A stretch of 64,000 nucleotides of DNA. Source: Kudoa neothunni. Lineage: Eukaryota; Animalia; Cnidaria. Below the pieces are notes generated by a model, which was not told where the DNA came from, did no database searches, and saw only the letters and a program-made list of their open reading frames with translations. The stretch spans positions 1,924,093 to 1,988,092 of the forward strand of contig OZ199839.1 in the NCBI GenBank assembly GCA_964304625.1, given 5' to 3'. Within the stretch, counting starts at the first letter, position 1. Each line of letters begins with the position of its first letter. Positions 41,673 through 54,456 of this stretch are shown here, piece by piece. The position numbers and the translations under genes are program-made.

Positions 41673-43101
41673 ATGAAGGAAAATATAGCCACGTTAACAA
41701 GAATTTATTGTTATCTGGAAAGAAAAAAATCGTGGGAATATATTTTTAAGGTACTTCGCCAGTGATAATTTTACATTAATAACAGCTACAAAATCACAGA
41801 GACTGAATGACTACTGTAACAGAATGAAGTCTAATTTGCAATACGTCAATTGTACATTTAATGAAGATAGTTTCCACGAAAACGTTGTTTGTATGAATAA
41901 ACCCTATTGTCACACGATTCATTGGAATAATATTAAATTATGTTGAAGATCCATACAAACAAATCCGTATGAATTTATTAAACAGATCAATAGACTATAT
42001 TTATCCCTCTCATATACAAGTAATTGTTGCTCAGTGGGGGTTTATTTAGCCAATGTTGTTTTAGACAGACTCAAGTTCCCATATGATTGTTTGTCAGGTA
42101 GCCCACATCACTTCATTTTATTCTAATCGGCGCAATCTAATGAGTTAGGCTCCCATTCCGAATTCGATGGACGAATTTTGCTCAATGATATGGAAACATG
42201 GTACAGTAGCTTTAGTTTCGTTCGCTACTGCCAAAGAAATTGAAATGGTATTCATATCAATAGTGACGTCGATTTGCGATTATGAAGAGATCAATAGATA
42301 ATTATTTTACATAGCCCAGAAACATTAATTTATATAATATTTTGTGGAAAATTAAAAATATACTATTTACTTAGAATACAGTGTTCAACTATTGGAACTG
42401 GAACAAATATATATGCCCTTCAAAGACATTTCATATTAAACTGAATAGAATTGAATACAAAGATGGCTATGTGATACGTTTTATGAATATAAAACATAGG
42501 GTTGGCGATTGTTGAATAGTGATAAAATTTTTCAGCATTTTGTAGAAACAAAAATTGAAGAAATATTTTGTGCATTACTTTTACCAGTATTGGGACCAAG
42601 GGGAACATATTCTACATCTGAATAGGTTTGTCGAATTTGTTCGCGAAACGAGAAGGCCTTTTGTTAATCAGCAACTTACCTTTTCTCCAGGATGTTTAGT
42701 TGTTCATTGTAGCAATGGACGTGAAAAAAGTGGTATCTACGCACTCGTATGCGCCACGCTAAGCGAAGTAAAAAGTAAATGGTATAATTTCAAATTTTCC
42801 ACTTTAATTTAGATACAACAAAAAAATAACAATGAATATATTGACATGTTTGATATATTGATTAAGCTCAGAAAATGCAGAGTTATGATGGTTGAAAATT
42901 GTGTTGATTTTCAATTTGCCTATTTGGTCGTTCTTAAATATATTGGAGTTGATTGGAGTCAGTTACAAAGTACATACATTCCATGAAATAAGATGCTAAT
43001 ATTATCAATGTTTAGATTTTGAGTTGAAAAAGTCTGAGAGATTATTAGAGATCGAATATCACAAAAAATCAACAAATTCAATGGATAAGAATTACCAGTG
43101 A
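41673..43101 (+). CDS. Non-receptor classical protein tyrosine phosphatase domain, probably catalytically dead
   Basis: Spliced motifs DYIYPSHI, MIVCQ|APIPNSMDEFCSMIWKH, HYFYQYW, LVVHCSNGREKSG, LIKLRKCRVMMVE...FAYLVV follow the order of classical PTP motifs. Confidence 0.85.
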
Positions 43102-44385
43102 TAAAAAAAATTATTGCAAGCCTATTTATTTTCAACAATTTATTTGTTACTCGCTTATTAGACGATTTGTTCGTTGGTTCTAACTAAAATGAATATTTAT
43201 TTAATTTCTATTGTTTTTTATTATATATTTATCTATCCTTTTTTAAATAATTTAATAAGTGTAACTAAATTTTTAAATAGGTTAAGTTAAATAATTAAGA
43301 TACTTTATCTATACCATATCTTCCCGAGTTGGGGTGTCAAAAACGAAGCGAAGAGAACAAAGATCATTTTTAAGATTACCTTGATTAAATCTTAAACTGA
43401 GGGGTCGGCGCACCATTAAGATTCCTGGGCCAGATGATCACACAAAACTAGGTGAGACAGAATATATATCTCCTATCTTTAATTAATGTTACACAATAAA
43501 ATTGAAAATTAGCTCAGTACACTTATATTTTAATATTTAAAAGCATACTTTTTCACTGCAGCAGTGGAAAAATATAACAAACGTTCGACGTTTTTTCGAG
43601 AAAATGGCTAGTTTTTTGCAATTTTGTATTTCAACATTTACATGATTATATCCGTGTTGAATGTAATGTTTTCTATACTTAAATGATGGTTCGAAATCGT
43701 GAGGGAAAATAATTAACGTCTCCATCAATCACAATAATACTAGCATCATGCACTTAGAAAAATAAAGTAAAAATATGTTTTGAGGAATAGTTCAATAGTT
43801 AATTTGTTATTTACACATTAATATTTCGAAAAGGGTCGATATTATTAAATTAATTCCGTTTAATTTGCAATTAAGCTTCTTTATGTTCTGAAAGAGCTAT
43901 TATAATAAGAAGGAAAAATTTAAAAAGTACTATTTAATAAAAAATAAGTTAAATTTATCATTGAACTCATCGAGGGTTAGATAAGAAACGCTCTCGAGGA
44001 CAAATTAAGCCCAGGAGCTTTTCGTTGTTGCCGGCCCATGGATCACAGGTCCCGTTAAATGATTGGAAGGAAAATGACTTCAAATGCTTTAGTCGTTGAT
44101 AATGTTTCGAACTTTTTTCACTTAAAATGGAGATTAATAATAAACGTTAATAATTTTGCCTAATTCTAAATAATCGTGAATTAATAATATTCATCCTAAA
44201 TCCGTACAATAATTTATATAAAATTAATTCACATTAAGTTACTTAATTTCATTATTAATAAAAAGTAGAAACAATTCCGATTGTGCATTCGTATGATAAA
44301 CTAAAGACTAAAATAAATCGCAATAGTAAACAAATTTTGGGCCAGGATCCGATTATGGGTTATTAAGTAAGCAAACTGAATTTTG

Positions 44386-47196
44386 ATGATTTTATTGCTT
44401 GTTATTTTACCACTTATTAGTATGATATGCTATTTTGTATTGTTCCGTATATTGATTTACTGGCACACTAGCCAAAACCAAACTCAATGAAGATCCAGAG
44501 GTAATAACAAAAACCAAAACATACAGCTAGAGTTAGATCTAGATCTAGAGATGGAATTATAGATATAGATGGTTTTTAACATTTATACTAGTTTTGGCGA
44601 GATCCTCGATATTTGAAACGGTTTCATCAACCAAAATACGTTTTACTTAATCTTTACCGTGCTGAAAGCATTGTATACACAAAATTGATTGTCTTCTGGT
44701 TGATATAACCTGGTCTCATTTAGAGAAGGATGGAACGGCAATATCCTAATTATATTGAATCAATTATCAATTATTCCACAAAGGTAACAATTTTTAATCA
44801 AAGAATTAACCACAATTATGTGCAGACGTTTGCGTGGCACAACATCAAAATTATCATCAATAAAGATGCCTATTTTAATATTCAAGAACAGCGACCTATT
44901 AATATTGAAAAATTTTGCATTCGTTTCAAAGAAATTCTACGAATGTACGGTACTGAAAAAGGTCACCACATGTTATTCATGTAAAAACTAATATTTATTT
45001 ATATTTTAATTATTTTCTACCACATTTATTGGTTAGTTTTCACCCACCACATCCATATTCCATGACCGTTGGGTACACGCTTTTAGCCGTCAACAACAAT
45101 CCCGTGTTTACAAGTGCTGTTATACAGGTATAAAAGGAAAATTTATGTAATAGTTAAGTCTGGTACGATTTTTCAGATTAAAGACCAAGAAAATAAAAAT
45201 ATCGGGTTTGAACATTTCATTGTTTCACACGAATTAGGTCATAGCCTTGGAGTGTCGCATGTTGAAGCTTACAGTAAGGCGATTCCGTGCCCACCTCTAT
45301 ATATCATTATATATTGGACCCATTGTTTGATGAAAATAATTTAAAAATTAGTTTTGGAAATATTTAACCTAATTTAAATTGAGGAAAACCCTGACGTTAT
45401 TTTTAGCGTCAAACTGTATTGCTTACGAAGGTCTTTGTATTATGACACCGATTTGTGCTAAATTTTGGTAGAAAATGCTGATAAAAACTCTGTGCATTCA
45501 TTATATTAAATAGGCCAATGAGTTTACCTTATCCTCCAGCATTCACTATTCAAGGTTTTATACAATTGAGATATCATTTTGATATGTACCACAAAAACGA
45601 TTTCCTACTAGTACACATGTGTGTTGTTGGGGTGTTAATTTCCAGTAAAGGAAAATGTCAACTTGAGGCACTATCAGCAATGTGGTAATGGTATAGTGGA
45701 TCCAGGAGAAGAATGTGACTGTGGTTTCGAAGCTAATTGCATTTTGTCGGGAGAGTTTGAGTGTTGCGACATAAACACATGCAAGTTGAAGAAAAATGCG
45801 ATATGTTCTCACGGTGAATGTTGCGAAAATTGTAGAGTAGGTCATAAGTTAGAATTGGCTGGAATCAACTTGATTTTTGTAGTTGTTGCGTGGTGCCATC
45901 TGCCGTGAAAAAGTCAGTGAATGCGATATAACCGAGTACTGCGATGGAACCAGTGCATTTGTAAGCTTTATTATCAAAAAACATTTTCGACCAAAAAGTA
46001 ATTCATGTAAAAGTGTCCAAAAGATAAAAAATTCCCAGATGGTACACCCTGTCGTAATCATCAAGTAATTCTCAGGTTAAAACCTATGATGCTCATCTAA
46101 TCTGCCGTTTCTAGGCCTATTGCGTAGGTGGTAGATGTCCAGACGCAAATCAGCAATGCAAGCAACTATATCCCTATAGTAATTGCACAAAATAGTCATG
46201 ATACTATTATAATATATAAACACATTTGTGACTCAAATTATACTCTATTCAGTTCGTTCAAATTACAATCCTGAAAAATGCCAGTTTAAAAACCATATAC
46301 TATCAAAGTATGACAATTATAGAGATAGAAACAATGGACATCGTCAGTATGTCATTTTTTGTCACATTCACTAAACTCATATACTCGCTCACGATAGAAA
46401 AACACCTTGTGGTCTTTTGCTATGTTTCACCGTTGGTAGAGTAAGTGGGAACTATTTCGAGAGTAAAATATACAATGGAAATTGTTCGTATGACAAAATC
46501 ATTAAAAATTCCATTAATTTTTTTAAAGCTTTGTTGAACCTCCAATATCTGACAATTTCCTAGGTTTTATTCCAAATGGTTACAAATGTGGGGACGATAT
46601 GGTTTATATGGTACAGATTGATAGAATGATTAAGATAAAATAGATGTGCCTGAACAACGTGTGTATTGATGCATCAGAAAATAGAAAAAAATGCGCGAGA
46701 GTTAATTGTGTGGATGGAACAGTAAATAAATTTCTATAAACCAAATCGATGTACATCTTTTATACGCAGGTATGCGAAGGAGGTACTTGCGTAAGCGAGT
46801 ATAGATTATTCAGTCCTTGTTATAACGTAAAATGTCCCCCAAACCAAGTATTATACCAACATAATAAGTACCTTTATCATTATTGTTTATGACCTGGTGG
46901 AATAGTTTTGTAATAAGCTTGGAATATGCGCAGAATACAAAATGTATTCATCATTTGTTTTCAGATTTATAATTATCACATTCAATTGTAGACCAGAATG
47001 GGTTTCATCAAAAATTATTTATCCAAAACCTATAGATAAAGCAAAAAAGTCTCCTATCAACCGCTACAAATATGAAACTACTCTCTACACTGGCAAATAT
47101 CCTTGGGAAACTTTAAACACTACGTTTATTCACCCTATGTTTGAAAAAAACTATGAAACAGACGCTGAAAAGCACCAGAAATATTTATGTAAATAA
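44386..47196 (+). CDS. ADAM/reprolysin (M12B) metalloprotease-disintegrin, apparently secreted
   Basis: Signal-like [11 protein letters not shown]; Zn motif [11 protein letters not shown] (45228-45260); Met-turn CIMTP; disintegrin [15 protein letters not shown]...[16 protein letters not shown]; Cys-rich/EGF-like exons; hydrophilic last exon. The 5' exon structure is unresolved. Confidence 0.85.
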
Positions 47197-48202
47197 TTTT
47201 TATCATTTTGATGTTTAATTAATTTTAATAAGACATCAAAATTGGTTATGGACTGTTTGCTCTATTCCTTATTTTATTGATGGGGTAATTATGGCAGAAT
47301 GCGTACGTTGAGATTTATTTCTTAATCCATTTTAGATTATATTATTTTATTATCAAATAATAACAAAATGGTCCATCTATAACTTTTTATGACTATAAAT
47401 TTATTATCCAAATAATGCATGATAATTATACTATTTTTTGCGTTATTAAAACATATAAACTTGCATTTATTTAGAATTTATTATTTCTTGAATCTATTTA
47501 GTATATGCAAATAAGTCATAACTTATAACTTTAAATAACAACCCTTAGAGGTCGAGTACCACTTGTTAGTATTAGAAAGAGTTTATAAAATTTTAATATG
47601 ATATATTGCTTTATTATCAAATTTAATATTGAAGAATAAAAATAATCAATATAATGTATTGATGTGTCCAAACATTATATTAATGGTGCGAAAACTTTCT
47701 AACCGAGGGACAATGTTTGATCTTTGACAGTTTCCAAAAATCCAACTAAAAATTTAGGCCAGAGCATCCGATTATTTTTAACATCATATCACAATAAGCG
47801 TATAACATACAAATGGCTTATAGGTGATTTTTGTGGATCACATGTGTTAGTTATTCCCCGAGCCATAACTGCTCCTGCATTATATTATCTACAGCCGCAA
47901 TAATTGAATCATACAGTAAGTTCACGAAACTGCGTGCTAAATCGGGACCTGAGCTTTTACTGCCCAATAAAAAATTATCACATAATATCCAGGCAAGTGG
48001 CTTTAAGGTATGCAGTGCAGAGTATGTACTGTATACCCCCGTGGTCATCCAACGACAAAAAATTCTCGTATAAACATAGTTTTTCTTTAATTTAATGTTG
48101 TTATATTGAGTTATCTGCGTAATCTGCATAAGGCAGTAAAGTTTTGATAATATTTTGGAAGCATAAGCACAGCCGGTCACTGCTTCCAGGTCGCCCTATT
48201 AA

Positions 48203-49576
48203 CCCTTACGGAGCGGACGGGGTATTTTAGGAACCCCAACAATTTTGTTTTTCGAAATTTCTACCTTTACCTTCTTATTTTCTCTAGGATTTTCCATGTA
48301 ATCTTTTAATATCAAATAAACTTTAAACTAAACCAACAAAAATTTTTTCCCTTAAGGATATAAAATAGTAGACAACTATTTCAAAACCGAACCAATAGTA
48401 TTTAGTGTTTAAAGGCCTTTGAATCTCTTATATTTATTTAATTTTAACTAAAAACTAAAGATTAATTTTTAAATGGATAAAAGGAATAAGAGTATGATTA
48501 AGTCTTTATTTTATTTTCTACCGGAATTTTTCTTTGTTTACAAGGTAAAACCCCTGGAGCAACTTATTAGGTTGGGGGATTCTGGTTGGTCATACCTCTT
48601 CCATTAACGCTTTAGGCACCACAGGACGTAACATGAAACCCCCTTATCTTTATGTGGCAATGTGGGACTTTAACCCACTAAACATCCTCGTCTCAGGGCG
48701 ACCACCACCCCAAAACCTATTCCCTTTAAGGACGTTGGTTTTGTGGGGACTGCAAATTATTTGCCTTTCAATGGGTTCCGGAGATTCACGCTCACCCCAT
48801 TTCACAGCGAGCGTACATTTAAACCACAACTCCCAAATATGGGATGGAGACTCACCCACACGGAAGCAATAGTCTGACCACCGGCGGATTCGAACCTATT
48901 ACCTCATGGTTCTGAGTCCGAGTGTCACACTGATGTGCTATCTGTCCTCACCTTTTTTCTACCGGAATAATCCGACATACTCGGAGATTATCCTGAGATT
49001 ATTGTAAGACTCGAGCGTTCTTAGTAGTATATTAATTTTGAAAGTATAGGTAGATTAGTATTTAATTTTGTTCCAACCAGGTTTCTCTTTTTACATCAGC
49101 AATGATTTTTACCATAGAATAAAAATTATAACAGAGAAGTTAGCTGTTTAAAGGAAAGGAAATATTTCTACCTTTTCATACCACGATCGCAAATGAGTTT
49201 AACGAAAACTTTCTGGTATCTCTGTTGTGGCGGTTTTGTTGTTTGTTCCTTTCAGATGACAAATTCATTTGAAATCAACCTTGAGTTTTCCAATAATTAG
49301 TTAATAGCTTTACATAAGCATAACCTATATTTTTGAGGAATTTCTTGTTTATTCTTGTTTTTTTTCTTAAAAGTGATGGCTACGAAGTATTTGTATTTTT
49401 TCCTAGCTAGTTAAATATTTTTACATTTTTGGCGGTTACTTTCATTTTAAATTAAGTAATAACCGCATAAAACTAATTTTTTATCCCTACGAGCGAATTA
49501 AGTTGAAAAGTCTCTGAGGTATCTTAGGTCCCCCTTCGGCACACGCGTAAATTTTTCGAGTTCCATCTTCCGAGGG
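48203..49576 (+). mobile_element. Non-autonomous piggyBac-type element (G) carrying a SINE
   Basis: TTAA at 48199-48202 and 49577-49580, CCCT...AGGG termini, subterminal GGGGT..ACCCC motif spaced as in the 5' end of copy B. Orientation is inferred from this spacing. Confidence 0.75.
48528..48954 (-). mobile_element. tRNA-derived SINE (copy 2, different middle module)
   Basis: Perfect 14-bp TSD TTTTCTACCGGAAT (48514-48527 and 48955-48968); head GGACAGATAGCAC...ATGAGGTAATAGGTTCGAATCC with a B box; 3' domain homologous to 6323-6500; A-rich tail. Confidence 0.88.
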
Positions 49577-51019
49577 TTAATCCGACAGGCGTTCCCTAAA
49601 ATAGGAGATGGCGCTTGCGCCGATTAACATGCAGCATTTTATTTGTCACTGGAAGCAGAATATTCTTTGCTTATCGCACCCTTTCGCGTCGTTATTTAAA
49701 AATAATAATTATATACCTTTGTTAAGACAACTTTGTTACTTTTTTGTCATTTTCAAATTAATAAAAAAATTATTTTATTTGTAGGAACCCGAAACATTAC
49801 AATTCACTGAGTAAATCATTAATTTCCGTATTGTTTATTGTAAAAATGTCGTCTGAATCTTGAATAATAGCGCCTATCTTAAAATATATTCAAAACTTTC
49901 ATGCGGAGAAATATTGAAAATTATTACTGATGGTAGGGTAGACCTATCCTAGAACTTCCACAATTACAGAAAAAGTCGGATCAAATTGCCAGAACAATCC
50001 AGGCGACTATCTGGTAGAATAAAAAGGAATGGTTGTGAGGCTGTATTATAACAAAACGACTTTTTTACGTAGAATTAAAGAGAAGGGCCTTATATTACTT
50101 CATTTGTTTAAAAATCATTGAATCTTTTATAAATTCTTAAATTTAAATTAACATATTTTTAAGTTTATAATTATAATTTTTTTTGGCGGTTCCGAAATTC
50201 GAGGTCGTCTAATATTGAGGTAAAATCATTGAATGCTTACCCTAAGCGAATATTCACGATACGGGCCTGGTAAAGTATTTAGATCGCATGTGTCAACAAT
50301 GTGTGAAATTGATTGCGGCTTATTTTGCACACTTGTTGCATGGTCCGGAAGGGATTGCACAAAATCAATTACCTGCAATATTTGCCAATTAGTTGTATCT
50401 ATCTCGTAACAATTGATTTTTATTCAAAATAAATAGGATATGTTAAATATAACCTCTCTATTTGTATATTATGTTCGTTCTCGCAAAATTTATTTAAAAA
50501 TTTGTCAGTGTAACTATTTGTTCTTTAATAAAACTCATAAATCAGATTGTTGATGTGGAAGTTGTTTATTGATGATCACAATGAAAACATTTTATAGCAT
50601 TAACGATTGAGCTCATTTTTAATTCAACTGCAGGTATTCCCTACCGTATTCGCCATAATTTTCATATTTATTTGTTATTTTACGATACGAATACATTTAG
50701 TCATTATTAAAAAAATATGTCACTCAAGACAAAACATGTAGGTCAATCTTTTGGCATAGGAAGTGGTTGCACTTAGATCTCTAAATCTTTCAAATTTAGT
50801 TCTCAATTTTTCAAATAGATTTCTTTATCACCAAGTGTTGTAAAATTATGTGATTGCTTTTCTAATTGCATTTAAATAAAAGTTTGTAGCTTTAATGAAG
50901 TTTTGCATTGGTTAAAGGCAAATTTGCAAGAACCTGTGAGTTAAATAAGGATTACGGTGTACATCGGCTGTTGACTAGGTTGATGCGTAGGATTGCGCGT
51001 GTTTGACAGCAACTATTCA

Positions 51020-51623
51020 ATGGTTAGATGTGCGATTGCCGTAATCAATTCTGATACTGTTAAAGGGAAAGTGATTTTCACCCAAGAAGTAATCACGTTG
51101 AGCAATAGTGTATTGACTGTGAATCAACTCTAGGGTCCCTCAAATGCGACACGCGTCCAAGTTGACCTTCACATTGAGGGAAGTTCTAACCAGAATCACG
51201 GAATGCATGTGCATGAATTTGGAGATCTTTCTAACGGTAGGTTTTTTTTTTGATTTTTGGAGCAAAGTCAAATTGTAGGATGCATTTCTGCTGGAGCTCA
51301 TTTCAATCCCCAGTGTCAAACTCACGGTTCGATTGATTCCGATGTACGCCATTATGGAGATCTTGGAAACATAAAAACCGACCAGAATGGTGATTGTAAA
51401 ATGGATTATACCGTTAATGCTCTGCCGATACACGGTGAATCCAATATTTACGGCAGATCGCTTGTGGTATTTTTGTTTGATAGAAGTTAGTTTGTGAGGT
51501 AGCATGTAGATCCACGCTAAAGAAGATGATTTGGGTCGTGGCAATGACGAGGAAAGTCTTAAAACTGGGAATGCTGGAGCCCGAATCGCTTGTGCTGTCA
51601 TTGGTATTTGCAAGTGTGCTTGA
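51020..51623 (+). CDS. SOD1: Cu/Zn superoxide dismutase (cytosolic type), 3 introns
   Basis: [23 protein letters not shown]|...[14 protein letters not shown]|[10 protein letters not shown]...HG...RHYGDLGNI...GRSLV|IHAKEDDLG...[19 protein letters not shown]. All Cu/Zn ligands, the disulfide Cys pair and the catalytic Arg are present. Confidence 0.95.
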
Positions 51624-52726
51624 TGTTAGTTTGATATCGTCGTCTATTCCAGAGTCGATTGCGATTAACATTTGTTTACTGTTGACTTAATTATTTTCTG
51701 GCGATCACGATATTTGTTGTCTAAAACGGAGCTTAATTATTGCATGAGTCTCAGTTTCTTAAGTTTTCTAACTCTTTATGATTTGCTCTGCTCCATCGTG
51801 AAATTTATATAATCATCAAATTCGAGCATTTATTAAATCCCGATTTAGGCTCAACTGAATTTTATGTATGCAGAAAAGACTAATTTTTCAGTTTACATCT
51901 TATTTTTCGACTGTCTCCTTTAATTTTTGGCATTTGTGAAATTTATACAAATGCTGGAAATTTAAACAACGAGGACAACAGTTGATATTTAATCTTTATA
52001 GGGGGAGGCTCTAATTGCCTTTAGTACTCTGGCTAGGGTGATATTAACCTTCGAAACAGCTGAAAAATTTCCACCATTCAAATAAAAATGGGGTAAAAAC
52101 CGATCACACGTTTTTATTTCATAAAATAGTCTTAAATAAAAGTTTGCGTTGACTGACAAAATATGGGGAAAAATCGTCGAGAAAATTTTGAAGAATGAAC
52201 GACCAATTATTGCTATGTTCTTGTAACGTACGCGCAAATATTTACGTTGATACATTTCTTTGGAATTGATTATATGTATCGGTCCATTTCTGCATTTTTT
52301 AATTGAAAAAAGTAACTCAAATAATTTAACTCTTTAAATTAATTTAAAGTATCTTGAACAATTTTATGTAGTGTTGCGTAGAAACACACGAAATGATTGC
52401 AAACTGATTATTTCACGGTGCAGTTATCGCATGTTTATTGAATGTTCTCTACAACATTAAACTAAGCAAATTGATGGAGATGTGTCATAATTTTGATAAT
52501 CAATGTAAGAGTCAACAGGAACTGAGAAGCTATCTCTGTAATTTGGATTATTTATTCAATAGTCAATCGATAGAACTTTTAATTTTTAAAAATAGCGTAT
52601 ATCGATATTATAAATAATTCATAATATGGGATAGATTTCCACCCCAATTTTATTTAGAAGATATTTTTACATGAATTTTTTTTTCTAGAATATTACGAGG
52701 ACTAGGTAGGAGTTACGTCCTATTAA

Positions 52727-52959
52727 TCCTTCCTGTCTGACGTGGGATATACTGGATACCCCCATATGATACTTTTGTTTATAATTCTTGACACATTTAT
52801 ATAGACGTAGTGGAATTTCTTTGATGTTTGTATAATGTATTAAAGCTTAAGAAGGGTGATAATTAAATTGAATATAATGCAGTATTATTGTAAAAATAAG
52901 AATTTTAAATATGTCACTTTATAATACATCTAATTTTACCATCAAATCAATACTATAAT
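52727..52959. mobile_element. Solo piggyBac-type terminus
   Basis: TTAA|TCCTTCCTGTCTGACGTGGGATATACTGGATACCCCC resembles the reverse complement of the MITE end at 26996; truncated by the adjacent hAT. Confidence 0.55.
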
Positions 52960-53870
52960 TAGGGGTTAAGACGGTTCGGTTTCGGTTACTTCTACAACGG
53001 TTTCCGGTTTTGTGAATAATTTTTTCAATTATCATTGTAAATTTTTGCGGAAGCAAGAAAAATTTAAAAATGTGATAGAATGAAATCTTATTTTAGTCAC
53101 TCTTTGTTTAAACATACTCTTTCAAACCAAATTTTGAATTATTTTACAATAGAATTCAATTTTATATTAACTTTTATTGATATAATTAATGTTATTATTT
53201 AACAATGTTTGTAATTACATTTAAAAACGATTATAAATATTTTAGACTAAAATTTCGATTTAGTTATTTCTATTTTCACAAATAAACACAATGGTCTCAA
53301 GTTTCGAGTCATTCAGTTTTGTTCTCAACGGGGAAATAACACGGTCACATAGCGAAAAACATCTTTCTGAGTCAAGACTTATTGGCCTTATGTTAAAAAG
53401 AGTTTTACGAACCCTTTCTAAACGATCTGACACCACACCGTAATTAACAAAATTGGCAATTTCGTTGGAATCCGAACAATATTATGACTTTTTTGGTCTG
53501 GCCACGGAATTGATCAAATCGTCTTAATCCATTTCAACTTTGGAAGGTTCATACTTGTGGATTTTGATTATTCGGTTCAATGAAATTAATTGCTTGTTGT
53601 AGCTCAAAATTTGACGGTCTTCTGTAGAATAAACTCTTTTCACAAATGTTTGAATCGAAGCTTAAAAACATAAATATATCAGACCGAATAGTGCGTCGTT
53701 CAAAGCAACGTTCGATAAATTTCATTTTTGAATTTTCTGAAATTGTTCCGTCAATAAGCGAGAGATCCTCAACTGTGTTGGTTAATATGAAGTCACATTG
53801 TTCAAGATTCATTTGTGACTCTGAAAATTTGAGAACGGCTTGATACACAATTTCCAGGCATGATGTTAAT
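52960..53870 (-). mobile_element. hAT transposon 3' remnant
   Basis: Terminus TAGGGGTTAAGACGGTTCGGTTTCGG with CGGTT subterminal repeats; minus-strand dimerisation-domain remnant NIRPISLDSERCFSLCDRVISPLRTKLNDSKLETIVFI at ~53275-53400. Confidence 0.75.
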
Positions 53871-53874
53871 TCCT

Positions 53875-54112
53875 AAATCGGAACGACTTTAGAGCCGGTG
53901 GTACCTCCGGGGGCGTGACGGTGACGCGCAAATAAATTAACCATGGCTATATGTCCCAGATTTTTTATCTCGTGCATACACCACACACAGTCAACAGTCC
54001 TAATTATTAAACCTGCCCCATAATCTACAAATCTTAATCAACGCTCGAACCCATGCCTTCCATCATTAAACGCCATTAGTATTATCAATGCGCCACTCAA
54101 CCAACTATGCCC
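53875..54112 (-). repeat. Possible third, unrelated tRNA-headed SINE fragment
   Basis: GC-richer stretch with a minus-strand A-box-like TGGTTGAGTGG (54103-54093) and B-box-like GGTTCGAGC (54051-54043); no TSD, tail or second copy seen. Confidence 0.35.
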
Positions 54113-54456
54113 GAAAAGGATAACAATAAACATTTAAAATTTAATTACTTACATTGTTGTGTTACTTTTAATTATAGAATATAATCTACTATTACGCATA
54201 ATACCGTTTTTAATCAAAATCACGTTTTTATATTCTAACGATCCTATAATTTGTTTAAACTTTTGTAGATGAATGTAATGTGAATCAAGCTAATTGAAAG
54301 GATAAATTATAAGAATAATATGATAAATCAAAGTCGGAATATTTAATAAGTTTAATTTTCCTTTTTTCGTAGACGCGTTGTTGTTTTTTCACTTGCTCTA
54401 TACCACGATATAATAAAAATTGAATATAACATTACCTAAAATTCAAGTCGCCCTAG

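Noticed and set aside
47851-48198. 109-aa minus-strand ORF, possibly continuing beyond element G with a P-loop-like GLIGRPGS
   Set aside because: Interrupted by stops, P-loop incomplete and no family recognisable; possibly an old TE fragment.
48580-48710. Twister or pistol ribozyme in the SINE 3' domain
   Set aside because: Twister needs the UAA cleavage loop and GAG strand, which are absent. The pistol-like CTAAAGCGT...GGT lacks a P3 hairpin, and its P2 is not conserved in copy 1. Kept only as an unassigned structured domain.
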